Positions 31,301 through 44,082 of a stretch of 64,000 bases of DNA are shown here, piece by piece. The notes below the pieces were generated by a model, which made no database searches, was not told the origin of the DNA, and worked only from the letters and a program-made list of their open reading frames with translations. Positions within the stretch are counted from its first letter, which is position 1; the number at the start of each line of letters is the position of its first letter. Both the position numbers and the translations under genes were made by a program. The DNA comes from Rebecca billardiae RCC1528. Taxonomy: Eukaryota; Protista; Haptophyta. The stretch spans positions 806,001 through 870,000 of the forward strand of contig OZ251226.1 in NCBI GenBank assembly GCA_965240325.2, written 5' to 3'.

Positions 31301-34300
31301 CATCGGCTTGGACAGGTCTCGGAACGAGCGCGGGTCAGTCAGGTCGAGTGTCTGGGAGGAGTAGTCACGGAGCACCCACGGCATCACAGGGTACTGCATT
31401 AGGTCGTTGTGCGTGCGCCCCGCGAGCGTGTTCAGCGCCATCAGGTACTCGAAGTTGCTCAGCCGGCCGTCCGCCCAGCGCGCCGTGCGCTCGCGCAGCC
31501 ACGCGCGCAGCTGCCAGCCCATCCCGCCCGCGGACGCGGACGCGGCCACGTCGGTGAGCGCGTGCGGCGCGCCGCCGCCGCCGACCGAGGCCGCCGCCGC
31601 CGCCGCCGCATCGAGCGTGCCCGCCGCTGCGGCGATACCCACGACGCCGCCGACGGCCGCCTCGCCGAGGCCCGAGAAGAGAGCGCCCGCGCCGCCGCCG
31701 CCGCCGCCACCGCCGCCCACGCCGCCGCCGCCGCCGCCGCCTCCGCCGCCGCCGATCCCGCCGATCCCGCCGCCGAGCGCCGCGGCCGCGTGCGCCGCTG
31801 AGCTGAGAAGCTCGAGCAGCCGCCTCTGCACGGCGTCGCGCTCGGCGCGCGTGTCGAGCACGAGGAGGAACGAGGCGCCGTCGGCGGCGTGCACCTCGAG
31901 CGCGGTCGGGCGCAGCTGGAACTGCCGCGCGTACACGCCGCTCAGCTGCGCACCCGCCCAGCGCTCAAACGGCGGCGCCTCGAACGGCGAGGGGTCGGCG
32001 ACGCAGCCGAACGCGCCGCCGCCGGGCGCGAGCGCCGGAGGCTCGCAGAAGCGCGCATACGCGTGCGCCGTGCCCTCGGCCTCGGAGGAGACGACGCTGA
32101 GCGGCGAGCTGAGGTCGGCGGCGGCGCGCGCGCCGCCGCTCGCGCCGCCGCCGCCGCCGCCGCCCGCCGGCGTCGCCGGCGCGGGCGAGGCGGGTGGCGG
32201 CGCGGCGGTCGCGCCCACGCGCCCGACCGCCGCGTGATCACTCTCATTCGCCGCCGCCTCCGGGCCCTCCGCCGCGCCGTCGACGAGGCAGTGGTCTCGC
32301 AGCAGGCACAGCCCCGCGGGCTCGAGCACGAGCACGGCCGTCTGCGCCTCCATGCCGCGCCCGTTCACCAGCTGCACGTCGAAGCAGTCCGGGCGGAGCA
32401 CCGGACTCGTCGCGGCGATCAGCTCGGACACGCGCGCGCTGTCCGCCGCGCCGCCGGCCGCGCTCATGTCTGCGCCCGCGCCCGCCGCCGCGCCCGCGTC
32501 GGACGACGACGCCTCGCTTGGCGGGTGCGGGCCGCTGGGCAGTCGTCCGCAGTGCGGCGGCGGCTGCTCCGGCCGAGCGCCCGCGGGCGGCGTGCCAGGG
32601 GGCGGCGGAGGTGCGGCGCCGACGACGTCTGCCAGCTGCGGCGGCTGCGGCTGCGGCTGCGGCGGCGGCTGCGGCGGCGGCTGCGGCGGCGGCTGCTGCG
32701 AAGCCTGCGGCACGCCCGACAGCGGCGCCACGTGTGCGGGCGGCGGCGCGGCAGGGCCCACGAGCGCCGCACGCTCCTCGTCGGCGCCCTGCGGCGTCAG
32801 CGGCGGCTCTGCGGCGGGCGCGGGCGCGCTCGCGGCCGGCGCTGGCGCGGCGCTGTCGGCCAGAGCAGCGCGGGCGGCCGCGGGCGCCGCGAGCGCGCCC
32901 GCTGCCTCGGCCGGCGCCGCGGCGGCGTGCGCCTGAGCGGCGGTTGGCGGCGGCGTCGAGGGCGAGAGCCCGCCCGCGCGCGCACCGCCGTCCGCACCGC
33001 CAGCACCCGCCGCCGGCCCCGCGCCGCGCGCCGCGGCCCCGCTGTGCGGCATCGCGGCCGCGCGCCACGCCCCGAGCGCGCTGTGTTGAATCAGTGCCAA
33101 CGGCTCTCTCTCCAGTCGGCGGCGCAGCAGCATCGGCCGCGCGACGCAGCGGTAGTCGAGGCGCCAGCCGCGGCCGAACGCGGCGCACGGCAGCGCGGAG
33201 CCCTCGCGCGCGCACCAGTGCAGCGCGTGCCTGCCCAGCGCCGCCGTCCACACCGCCTCCGCCCGATGCTGCCGCGCGCGCGCGTGCGCGCTCGCCGCCG
33301 CCGCGCGCCGAGTGAGCACTCGGGACCCCAGCCTGGCCTCGTGCTTGCACTGCTCGGCGAGCTGCGCGCGCAGCGCGCGGGAGCCCTCGCTCGCCGCGGC
33401 GAGGCGCGCCGCGCGCGCCGCGCCGGCCCTGCCCGCCGCGCCCGCCGAGCGCGCCGCGCCGTCCCTGCGCGCTCGCAGCAGCTGCACAACACTCGGCGCC
33501 GCCGCCTGCCGCACAAGAAATGAAAGCGTGCGCGCGTGCGCGCCGTCTCCTAGCCACGCGGCGAAGGCGGAGGTGCCGCCCTCGCGCAGCAGGAGCAGCG
33601 CGGAGCGCGTGGTGGCGAGCACGTCGGCGCCGTCGGGCGCGCCCTGCTCCTCCGCCGCCTCCGCCGCGCCGCCGCCGCTCCCGCCGCCGCCGCCGCCGCC
33701 GGCCGCGCCCGCGCGCGGCGGCGGCGCCACCGACGAGCCCGCGATCGCGCTGACCAGCCAATCAAGAGCGAGCAGGGCGGCGAGGCGCTGCAGCGCGGCG
33801 GCTGCGATGTGCGGCAGCGTGCAGTGGCGCACGAGCGCGAGCAGGGCCGCGACGAGGGCGAGCACGCGCGCGCGCACGGGCGGAGGCACGGGCAGCCCCG
33901 CGCCGCCGCCACCGCCGCCGCCACCGCCGCCAGAGAAGCTAGGTTGGCGCGCGCCGCCCGCGCCCGCCGCGCCCGCGCCCGCGCACGCCGCGCCCGCGCC
34001 CGCGCCCGCGCCGGCGTAGGTGTCGACCAGGTGGAGGCTGGCGCTGGCCACGTGCGTGAGGAACGCGCCGAGCGTGGCCTCTGGCACCACGCTCAGCGCG
34101 GCGGCGGCGGCGGCGCTCGGGTGCACCGCGGCGAGCGGCGGCGGCGGCGGGTGCGGGCCGTCGCCGGCGCCGGGCGCCGTCGCTGGCCGCTCGATCGAGG
34201 CCTGAACGGCCGCCGAGCCCGGCGCGCGCGCGAGCGCCTCCCAGACGCACAGCGGCAGCGCGCTCGCCACCCAGTCGAGGAGCAGCGTGCGCAGCTGCTC

Positions 34301-37300
34301 GTCCACCGTGGCCACGCGCTCCGACGCCGCCGCCAGCGCCGAGCTGGCACTTGCCAGCATGGCCGTCGCCTCGCCGCCGCCGAGGCCGGCGCCGCGCGCG
34401 TCCGCGCCGCTCTCCGCACTTGCCGAGCGCGAGCGCGCGCCGCCGTCCGGCGCTGGCGCCGCGCCCGCGGGCTCGGCGCTCGGCGAGAGCGCGGGCGGTG
34501 ACGCCGGGCACGCCGCGGGCGCGCCGCCCACCGACGGCGCCGCCGGCGCGGGCCGCGGCGGGTGCGGCGGCGCGGCGGCCGCGCCAGCGACGGGCGGAGC
34601 GGCGCCGCCGCCGGCTCGCCCGACCGGTCGGCCGAGCAGCGAGCTGAAGCCACCGCCCAGCGCGCCGCCCGTGCGCGCCGGCGGCTGCGCGCCGCCCGCC
34701 GAGGCCGCGCCGCCGCCCTCCGCCGCGCCGCCGCCGAGCATCCCCGCCAGCCCGAGGCTCGCGCCGAGCTGCGAGCGCGCAAACAGACTGCCGACACTCG
34801 AGGAGACGGCAGAGACGGAGTCGAGGGCGGAGGCCGAGAGTGTGTGCACGGACTGGAGCGTCTGCAGGACGGCGCGCACGGCGGGGCGGCGCGGCGCGCC
34901 CTCCGACGCCCACTGCAGCGCCTGCAGCAGCACCTCGAGCAGCGCGCCCTCGGGCGCAGGGCCGGGCTCGGCGGGCGCACCGACCGTGCCGCCCGCGCTT
35001 GCGCCCGCCGCGCCGCCCGCCGCGCGCGCGTCCAGCGCCCGGCGCAGCAGGTGGGCGAGGGTGCTGAGCACGGCCGGCGCGTCTGCGAGCGGGCGCGCGG
35101 CGAAGCAGCCGCGGAGCTGCTCGGCAGTGCCGTGCACGAGCATGCCCACGCGGCCGGCCGCGGTGGCCCACGGCGCGGCGATGACAGCGCCGCCATGGCT
35201 GGCGCGCGCGTCGCCAGCCGCGCTCGCCGCCGCGCCGCCGCGCGCAGCGGCGGACGCGCCGCCGTCCGCGCCGCCGCCGCCGCCATCGGCGTCCGCGCCC
35301 ACGGCGTCGAAGAGGCTGTCCACCGCGCCGATCGCCGCGCTCGTGCCCAGCGCCGGCGCGCTGCGCACCACCGCCGCGAGCGCAGCCGCACTCAGCTTGA
35401 GAGCCTCGGCCTCCAGAGCGCGCGCCATCGGCGCGCCACCGTCGGCGCCCGGGCTGCCGCCGCCGCCGGCCGGGGCGGCGCCGCCCGGTGCGCCCGCGCC
35501 GGGCGGCGCGGGCAAGGCGGGCGCGTCGGCGGGCGCCGGCGCGGGCGCGAGTGCCAGCGCCGCCGCCGCCGCGTGCCGGCTCTCCGCCAGCGAGAGCGCC
35601 GCGCTGACGAGTGCGCACAGCTCTGGCAGCAATGGCTTCCGCAGGATGGAGGTTCGGGCGCGCGCGCTCAGCCGGCGCAGCAGCTGGCTGCTCAGGCTGA
35701 GCAGGGCGAGGGCGAGGGCGGCGGCGCGGTCTGCCGAGGCGGCGACGCGCGCGCCCGCCGCGGCGGCCGTCGCCGCCGTCGCCTCCACGCCCAGCCCTCC
35801 GCCGCTCCGCGCGCCGCCGCCTCGACTCAGCGGCAGCGCGCACACCTGACGCAGTGCGCGCACGTGCGTCTCGCCCAGCCGGTCGGCGGCGCAGCCGAGG
35901 CTGAGCGCGAGGAGCGACGCGTCGATGGGCGCGACGCCGCCCGGCTTCGCGCCGCCGCTGCCGCCGCCGCCCGCCTCGTCCGCCCGCCGCGCCGCCGCGC
36001 CCGCGCCACCCGCCGCCGCGCCAACGGCTACGGCAGTTCCGGCGTCCGCGGCCGCGCCACCGCCCGCACCGATCGCGTCGTCCAGCGCGCGCGTGCCCGT
36101 GGCGTGGAGCTCGGCGGCCGTGCCGATCGGCGGCGCCTCCGCCACGCTCGGCAGCGGCCGCCCCAGCGCCGCGCACAGCAGGCTCAGGTGCACCTCCGCG
36201 CCGTCGGCGTGCTCTGACAGCAGCGCGCGCGCACACGCCAGCCCGTCCGAAGCGATGAACGCGCTCGCGTGCGCGCGCGCAATCGAGCGCACGGCGGAGG
36301 CGGTGGCGGCGGCTGCCGCCTCGTCGGCGTCAGCGACGCCGCCGCCCTCCGCGCACCCGCCGGCCGCACGGCCCTCCTCCTCGCCGCCGCCCGCACGCCC
36401 CAGCGCTAGCAGCCAGCACAGCGCGCGCACGGCCACCGCCACCGTGCGCGGCCGCGCGCCGCGCTGCAGGAAGTGCAGGATCAGCCCCGGCTGCAGCAGC
36501 GTGAGCAGCGGCGCCGCGCCGGGCGCGCGCACGCCCGGCGCGCGCGCGTGCCGCACTCTCGCCCTCAGCCCGCCGCCGCCGCCGCCGCCGCCGCCGAGCG
36601 CGCGCGCGCTCGCGCGCACCAGCAAGGCCAGAAGGGAATCTAGGAGAATCTCGCGGAATCTGACGAGCTGGGCGGCGGCCGCCTCCTCGCGCGAGAGCGT
36701 GGCGAGCAGGAGGTGCGTGGAGGGCGCGAGCAGCCGCGAGGCCAGCGGCGAGATCGAGATCTCGCACGCACACGCCCACAGCCCGACCAGCAGCTGTACC
36801 GCGCGGCGCGCCGTGAGCGCGCGCGCGGCCGCGGCCGCCGCCGACGTGGCCGCGGACGCGCACGCGCCGCCGCTGCCGCCGCCCGCGGCCTCCGCCGTCG
36901 CGTCCGCCGCGGCGCGCGCCGCGCCCACCTCGGCGTGCACGCAGCTCCGCGCGAACGGCAGCGCGCCCGCCGCGGCAAGCACGTGCGCGTTCCACTGCCG
37001 CGCGCGCGCCGGCCCGCGCAGCAGGGCGCAGAGCGCGCGCAGCCACGCGGCGCGCGTGCGCGCGGGCTGGCGCGCCCACAGCGCGCTGTCCAGGCTCAGT
37101 GCGCCGAGCGCGCTGCTGTCGACGAGTACCGCCCACGGGCCGAACGGCGTACCTCCGCGCGCCGACGGCGCGGCACGCCGCTCCGCGCACACGCCGTCAT
37201 CCTCCACCTCTGCCGCATCAGACGCCGCGCCATCGGCCGCCGCGCGCTCGGCCGCCGCGCGCTCGGCCGCCGCGCCGCCGTGCTGCTGCGCACACGCGCC

Positions 37301-40231
37301 GTGCTGCTCAGCATCGAGTGCGCAGCAGAGCTTGTAGGCCAGGCACGCGTCGGCGCGCCAGCGCAGCGCATCGGCCGGGGCGGCGCGCGCGGCCGGAGCG
37401 GCTGCCGGCGCCGCCTCCGCGCGCGCGCCGGCACCAGCCGATGGCTGCGGCGGCGCGGCCGCGGCACTCGGCGCGCAGGCGGCCTCCTCAGCAGCGCGCG
37501 CCGTCCCCGCCGCCGCCGCACTGACGTCCAGCGCGGCAGCGTCGAGCGCGCAGCACAGCAGCGCGTGCACCGCGCCGGGCGTGAGCGCGGGCGCGCTCGG
37601 CCGCCTGAGCAGCAGCGCGAGCGTCTCGTAAACGCCCACAGCGCCGGCCGCCGCCGCCGCCGCCATGCCCGCGCCATCGCCGCCGGCACCGCCAAGCGCG
37701 CCCGCCGCCGCCGCCGGCGAGACCGCCGCCGTCGCCGTGAGCTCCGCGTCCGCCGCGGCCGCCGCGGCGCGCGGGCAGTTGTGCGCAAGGGCGAGCACGA
37801 GGAGCACCGCTCGCTCAAGATCGTCGGGCGTCCGAGCGCGCCCCGCGAGCGCCAGGAGGGAGCTTAGGCCTCCCGCGCCCGCGAGGCTTGCCTGCGCGGG
37901 CGTGTGCCGCACGCCCAGCCGCGCGCCGCCGCACAGCAGGGCGCGCGTGCAGCCCGCCGCCGGCATGTTAGCACGCTCGCCCGCGCGCGGCGGGTGCGCC
38001 TCGGGCACGAGCAGCGACACCAGAGCGATCGGAGGCTCAGCATGGAGGCCCGCGTGGGGCGCGCCCGCGCCGTCGGCGTCGGCGCCGGCGTCGGCGCCGC
38101 CGCGCGCGCCCGCCGCCTCGGCGTCGGCCGAGAGCGGCAGCGCGGCCACTCGGTCTGCCGCCGCCACCGACGGCGGCGCCGACGGCGAGGGAGGCGCGCC
38201 GTCCGCGCGCGCGCCCGCCTCCGCGCCCGCCTCCGCGCCCTCCGCAGCGCTCGGCGGCGTCTCCCCGTTGAAGCGCACCCAGCGCGCCGGGTCAAACGCA
38301 AAGTACACAGACTCGGCCGGGATGGCGGCCGCGCCGCCAGCCTGCTCCGAGCCGCCGCCCGCGGCTTGGAACCACCACGGCCCGAGTGCGGCGGCGGGCG
38401 CGGGCGCCGCCTCGCCGCCGCCCGGCGCCGCATACGCGCCGCCGCCGCCCAAGCCGCCCAAGCCGCCGCTCTGCGCGCCGCCGACCCAGCCGCCGGCCGC
38501 CCCCGAGCGTGGCCTGTGCAGTGGGGGCTCCTCCGGAGCGCCGCGCGCGGGCGCGCCCGAGCCGCCGGCGCGGAGCGCCGTGCCGCCGTGCGCGTGCGCC
38601 CACGCCGCACCGCCCTCGGTGGCGCGGCAGTCGCGCGCGCCCACATCCAGCCCGGCGGCGGGTGCGCTCACGAGCACGCGCAGCGCGGCCGAGGGCGGCG
38701 AGGCCCAGCCGAACGCCTCCCGCAGCTGCTGCGCGCCCACGAGCGCGTCGAGCATGCAGAATGGGCCGAGGTGCCACGCGCCCGCGCCGCCGCGCCCGTG
38801 CGCCGCGGCGGCCGCGTAGCCCACGCGCACGCGCACGCTGTGCACGCACTCCAGGTTTGGGTAGCTCAGGCCTGCGCCGTCGAGCGCGACGCCGTCGACA
38901 AAGACGCGAGCGAGCGACGCCGAGCTCGGCCGTGCGCGCTCGTGCACGATCGCGAGGAGGTGCCAGCGCCCGTCGGCGAGCATCGCCGCCGGCAGCACGG
39001 CGCTCGAGGTGCCATCCGCCGCGGCCGGCGGGGGCGCGGCGCCCGCGTCCGCCGCCGCGCCGCCGCCGCCGCCGCCCGGCTGCGGCGTGCTTGGCGGCGT
39101 GCGCGCGCGGAAGCCAGTGCGGAGGGTGAGCCGGCCGGCGCCGTCAAGCGCCGCGGCCGCGAGCGAGCGGCGGTCGGAGCTCACGACGCGGTACAGCTCG
39201 AGCGGCGCGCCGGACTCGGCGGCGCGCGCCGTCGAGCCGCGCTCGGCGCGCACCCAGCACATGAATGAGTACGCGCTTGCGGGCGGCCACGCGCGGCCGC
39301 GCACGTCTCGCACCTGCAGCCAGTCGGCCGTGGCCGCGCTGAGCCGCACGTGCGCGAGGGCCGTGGGCGCGTGCGGCACGAGGGAGATGAGCGTGCGCAT
39401 GGCGACCGGCTGCAGCGTCGGCACGTCGGGCGGCGCGCCCTCCGCCCGCGGCGCGGCCGTGTCGCGCTCGGCGCGGCCGCCGCGCTCGCACAGGCGCAGA
39501 AGCATGTGCAGCGTCGGCGCGTCGACGGGCACCGCGGGGCCGAGCGCGCGCAGCAGGCGGTGCACCGGCGCCGCGTCCGCATCGGACGCCAGCGCGGCGA
39601 GCGCCTCGCCGCCCACGCCGGCGGCGCACAGCAGGTAGCTCGTGTGAGGTGAGCGCTCGGAGCACGCGGCGAGCGCGTCCGCTGCCGCGCCGAGCGCCGC
39701 CGCGTCCGCGCTCAGACGCGCCAGGCGCAGCGCGACGGTGGCGAGCGTGGCATGCGGGAGCGGCACGGCCTCGTCCGCGTCCTCGCAGCCCAGCTCGACC
39801 AGCGCCTCCACGAGCTCGCGCGCGCGCGCGTGCCGGTGCGCGCCTGTCATCAGCAGCAGCGGCGCGAGCTGCTCGAGGCCAAACTCCCGCCAGAAGGCGG
39901 CGGCGGCGGTTGGATCGGCGGCGAGGGCGCAGCAGATGGTGCGCGGGAGGGCGAGCAGCAGGCGCCATCGCGTCTCCGTCGGCCGCGCGGGGCGCGCGCC
40001 GCCGCCGTGCTCAAAGGTGTCGCCGAGCGACGCGAGCAGGCTCATCACAAACGACAGCCCGTCCGCGTGGACGAAGGCGCGGCGTGAGGCGTCGTCCGCA
40101 CGCAAGGCGGCCGTCACCTCGTCGATCACGACGACGAGCTCTGCCGCCGAGCTCTCCGCCGCGCTGTCACCCTCTGGCCGCCGCGCGAAGCGCGCGACCG
40201 CGCCCGCCACCCGCTCGGCGAGTGCTGCCAT
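28353..40231 (-). CDS. Giant BEACH-domain protein (ConA-like, PH-BEACH, BEACH, WD40, C-terminal PH). Exons 40231-28910, 28740-28659, 28441-28353
   Basis: BEACH motifs LSNFEYLMALNTLAGRTHNDLMQYPVMPWVL, FRDLSKPMGAQ, HYGTHYSS, VKELIPEFY, LHEWIDLIFG, FGQTP; WD40 repeats. Splicing completes a PH domain (REGSVFKES...RQRWLVL...FTVHIPERVFNFVCADETERDEWVAAI). Confidence 0.93.
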
Positions 40232-40482
40232 CTTGGATTGCTGGCCCGGATTTTCGAAAGCGGGCGGGCCGGGTTTGGAAGAAAATAAATCATGCAAAAA
40301 TGGAAGCCGCCACACGCCCGGGTCGGACGACGGTTACGTGAGCCAAAACGAGATTGAAGCAGATCGATGTGCGTAAATAAAGTACTTTCGACCAGCGGAA
40401 GCAGCCCAATTTTCGCCAATCACCGTACCCCCATACTTGTTCAGCCCGAACGACCAGGTGGGCAGGCAGGCGGAGGGCAGCC

Positions 40483-41980
40483 ATGCCCAGCTCCGACAGC
40501 CGCGTCGTGCGGCTGCGCAAGGACGCGCCCGACGTGCGCATGGGCATCAGCTTCCAAAAGGACTCGTCGCCGATGCACATCGGCGAAGGGAGCGAGGCGC
40601 ACAAACGTGGTGTACTCCCGCCCGTGATCCGGGCGGTCAACCCCGCCGGCCTCGCCGCGGCCGCCGGACTGCACGTCGGTGACATGGTCCTGACGATCAA
40701 CGGCAAGGAGGTGATCTCCAACCTGAACGCGGCGGCGATGCTGCGCGAAGCGCAGGGCGACATCAAAATCGTCGTCCGCTCCGTCATGCCGCCGCCGGAC
40801 GCGAGCGCCAGCGCGGCGCCGCCACCCAACAGCGCAGCGGAGGCAGTGCCACCGCTCGCGCTCGACCCGCAGCCGTCGCCGCCGGGCGCGCACGGCGCGG
40901 GGGAGGCGGACACGGCGGCGGGCAGCTTCACAGCGCGCATGTTTGGCCAGGCCACCAAGTGAGCGCCCGAGCGCCCTGCGTGCCGTCTCGCCCGCGGCGC
41001 GGCGCGCGCGCGTGCCACGCGCACGCATGCGCGGCGCGTCTCGGTGCCTGATGACACGCGCCCCGCCGCCCCTCGCCGCGCCCGCGCAGGCTGTTTGAGG
41101 AGACATCGAAGCAGATGATGCAGATGGGACTGACCGCGCGCGCCGGCTCGCAGTCCTCGCGCGCCCAGCCCGGCGGAGGGCTCACAGCCATGTTCTTTGC
41201 GCCCAAGGGGCCAGACAAGAACGCGGCGGCGACGCGGCTGCAGGCCGCTGTGCGCGCGCACCGCGCGCGCAAGGTGCTGCAGACGCACAAATGGGCGGCG
41301 ACGGTCGTGCAGGCTGCGGCGAGGGGGCAGGGCGCGCGCCGCGAAGCCGAGCAGCGCCGAAGGACGCAGGCGGCGGTCCGAATTCAGGTGCGCGCGCGAC
41401 GCACGCGCGCAAGGCAAGGCAGTGTGCGCGGCACACACGCACACGCACACACGCGCACACGCGCACACCGCGGGGGCTGCGGTCGTGCTCGGCGAGCGAG
41501 CGAGGAGACTCACGGCCGCCAGCATCGGCGCGAGGGCTGTGTGGCCGCCGCGCCCTGACGCCCTGACGCCGCGTGCATCGCCCCGCCCCTCGGCGCGCGC
41601 AGGCCAATTACCGAGGCCACCTTGACCGCACGTACGTGGACATCCAGCGCACCGAGCGCGCCAAGCTGCAGAAGCGGCCGAGCTGGTTTGGCGGCGGCGA
41701 GCGGATCAAGCGCGTCATGTCGTTCAACCGCAAGAAGCGGGAAGGGCAGCAGCCGCAGAAGGCGGGCGCGTCGCCCGCCGCGCGGTCCAACGGGCACGGC
41801 CCGTCACCCGTGCAGCCTGCGCAAGCCGGGATAGGTCGCAAACTGTCGTTTGGGCGCAAGGGAAAGAGGGCGGGTGCGGACGATGCACCGAGCCCTGCCC
41901 CAGCGCCCGGCGGCCCGGCGGCTGCTGGCGGCGGCAGCGGCATCGTGAAGCGCACCTTGTCCTTTGGCAAGAAGAAGTGA
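40483..41980 (+). CDS. PDZ-domain protein with IQ calmodulin-binding motifs. Introns 40959-41089 and 41388-41602
   Basis: PDZ: MGISF...IRAVNPAGLAAAAGLHVGDMVLTING. IQ motifs LQAAVRAHRAR, VQAAARGQGAR and spliced IQ|ANYRGHLDR. Repeated [RK]xxSFG/SFN motifs in the tail. Confidence 0.85.
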
Positions 41981-42343
41981 CGGCAGCGCCGGGCGGGGCG
42001 GACGCGCGGCGTGCCGCGTGGCCGCCGCCTGCGCCCTGCGGCTTGCAGCGCGCGGCCGACGCCGCTGGTGCCTGGACCTGGTGCCATCCGAAGGCTTCCA
42101 AACCCGCGGCGTCGGCAAGTGCGTGAGAGGCTCAGATAGTCATCAGATTGATGCCATCCACCACTATGACGATATATGCACAACGTTCTATACACGCGCG
42201 CAACAATTATTTATAACATGGACCGGCACCGGCAGGCAGTATCGGAAGAATAAATAATAATGCATTTTCCGCGCCGATCGTCAATTCGTCATCGCTTTTT
42301 CATACTGCCTCAGCGTTCGCCGCGCATCCGCGACGACGGCGAC

Positions 42344-43612
42344 ATGACGGCGAGGCGGTTGGCAGCCGCGCTGCTCGCCGTCAGCGGCTACTCCAGCGGC
42401 GAGCCGTGGGACGCACCACGGGCCCATGCCATATCTGTGCGCACGCAGCGGACGATCATGTGCCCCGCCCCGCGATCCGTTGTCGGTCTAGGTGCGATCG
42501 AAGCAGGCGGGCGGAACGTCTCGCGCATCTTCCGCGAGTTCTCACGTACGAGCGGCAGGATGGTGCTCGCAAACGCGACGTTGGGCGGGAGGCAATGCTG
42601 CGACGAGACCATTCACTACTGGCGTGACGACCAGTCCGTCAACTCGGGCGTCGACGCGTACTGCAGATTCTTCGCAACGACGCGCGCGACCGTCGCCACG
42701 TACGAGGCGTCGCCATCGTACAGCTACCAGCGCAACGTGCCGATCAATCTGCTCGCCGTCGTGCCCCAGAAGCAGGTGCGCGCGGTGTTCAACATTCGCC
42801 CCCTCGGCCCCTGGACGTGGGAACGCTTCAGCCGCTCGAAGGCGGAGGTGCTCGCCGGCGGCTTCACGCCGTTTGTGGAGCGGCTGCTGCGCACGATGGG
42901 CCGCACGCTGCACTGCCTCACGACCCACGCGCGAAGTCGCTTCCCCTACCGCATCCATCGGATCGCTCACGAGGGCAACCGCTCGGCCCACCCGCTCGTG
43001 TGCGACGTGCTCGCCGATGCGCCCCACTACGTCGGCTTCGCGCACGACACGCGCTCGAGCCGGGGCTGCCCGGGCGACCACGCGCACTGGGTGCTCAACC
43101 TGCTGCACTGGGTGCGGCTGCTGGGCGAGGAGCACGTGCTGCTCGTGCCGCACGACGTGCTGGTGCGGGACGCGACGGGCGTGCGGCGCGCGCTCTGGCA
43201 GCTGGCCGGTTTCGAGGGCGAGCCCCCGCCGCCTCGGCCGGATGCCCGCACCGTGTCCCCCGCGCCCGGGCGCGCGCCGACCGCGGCCGAGGCGGATGAG
43301 ATGGAGCGCGCCGAGGTCCACCTGGACGTGTGGAACGGCGTGAGCGTGCAGGACATCTCGGGGCGGCTCTGGGGCCACGGCCAGCCGGCGGAGGCGCGGT
43401 CCATCATTGGGCGCATCTGCGAGGGCCACGACGAGCTGTACTGGAGCAAGCTACAGAGCGACGGCACACTGCAAGCGTACTACTTCGGCAAGGGGAAGGG
43501 GAAGGGGAAGGGGAAGGGCGGAGGGGGCAAGGGGAGGGGCTCTGGCTGGAACGCGGGTGCAATGGGGAAGGGTCGAGTCTCAAGGGCGCGGCAGGGCGGG
43601 CCTGGTGGATGA
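42344..43612 (+). CDS. Divergent sulfotransferase-fold protein with a signal-like N-terminus and a Gly-Lys tail
   Basis: EASPSY...VP..L..VVP...VRAVFNIRP and LLHWVRLLGEEHVLLVPHDVL resemble the EKTP.Y/ILRDP/W...F...QILIL..EDL blocks of PAPS sulfotransferases. The 5'-PSB loop is degenerate. Confidence 0.6.
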   Translation: MTARRLAAALLAVSGYSSGEPWDAPRAHAISVRTQRTIMCPAPRSVVGLGAIEAGGRNVSRIFREFSRTSGRMVLANATLGGRQCCDETIHYWRDDQSVNSGVDAYCRFFATTRATVATYEASPSYSYQRNVPINLLAVVPQKQVRAVFNIRPLGPWTWERFSRSKAEVLAGGFTPFVERLLRTMGRTLHCLTTHARSRFPYRIHRIAHEGNRSAHPLVCDVLADAPHYVGFAHDTRSSRGCPGDHAHWVLNLLHWVRLLGEEHVLLVPHDVLVRDATGVRRALWQLAGFEGEPPPPRPDARTVSPAPGRAPTAAEADEMERAEVHLDVWNGVSVQDISGRLWGHGQPAEARSIIGRICEGHDELYWSKLQSDGTLQAYYFGKGKGKGKGKGGGGKGRGSGWNAGAMGKGRVSRARQGGPGG

Positions 43613-44082
43613 CGCGTCTTGACCTCGTCCTCATCGTCCGCGACGACAGTCGTCAGTCTCAGTCTGAGTCTGAGCTCAGCCTCGCATTTTTTAAAAAAAA
43701 TAACAGCGTCTGCGCCGCTGCACACAGACACGTAGTGACATTATTATTATTATTAGCATCAGCATCATGAAGTACAGCATTACATCCGGATGATGCTCCG
43801 AATGCAGTTCAGCAGTTGCCTGTCACTGACCCGATCAGTGGATCACTCGTCACGATCAGTCATCATAAGTGATTCACTTGATGAATAATCATCGGCGTCC
43901 ATGGTCAATCGCCATCGGACTCATCCCGAGTCATCGGCCGCCATCGTGATCAGTGATGATGGACTTTCTATTTTCATCACGGGCAACTATACGCGTGCGA
44001 GCTATGACGATCGTAATAATAATTGTCAGCATCTTTATTCGCGCGTTTCGGTTACACCGATGAGTAAGTCGCGCTGACAATC

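Noticed and set aside
28558-40376. Dozens of long overlapping Ala/Arg/Pro-rich ORFs on both strands (also opposite GT77, KRR1 and others)
   Set aside because: Shadow frames caused by very high GC and stop-codon scarcity; only one frame per locus has family motifs.
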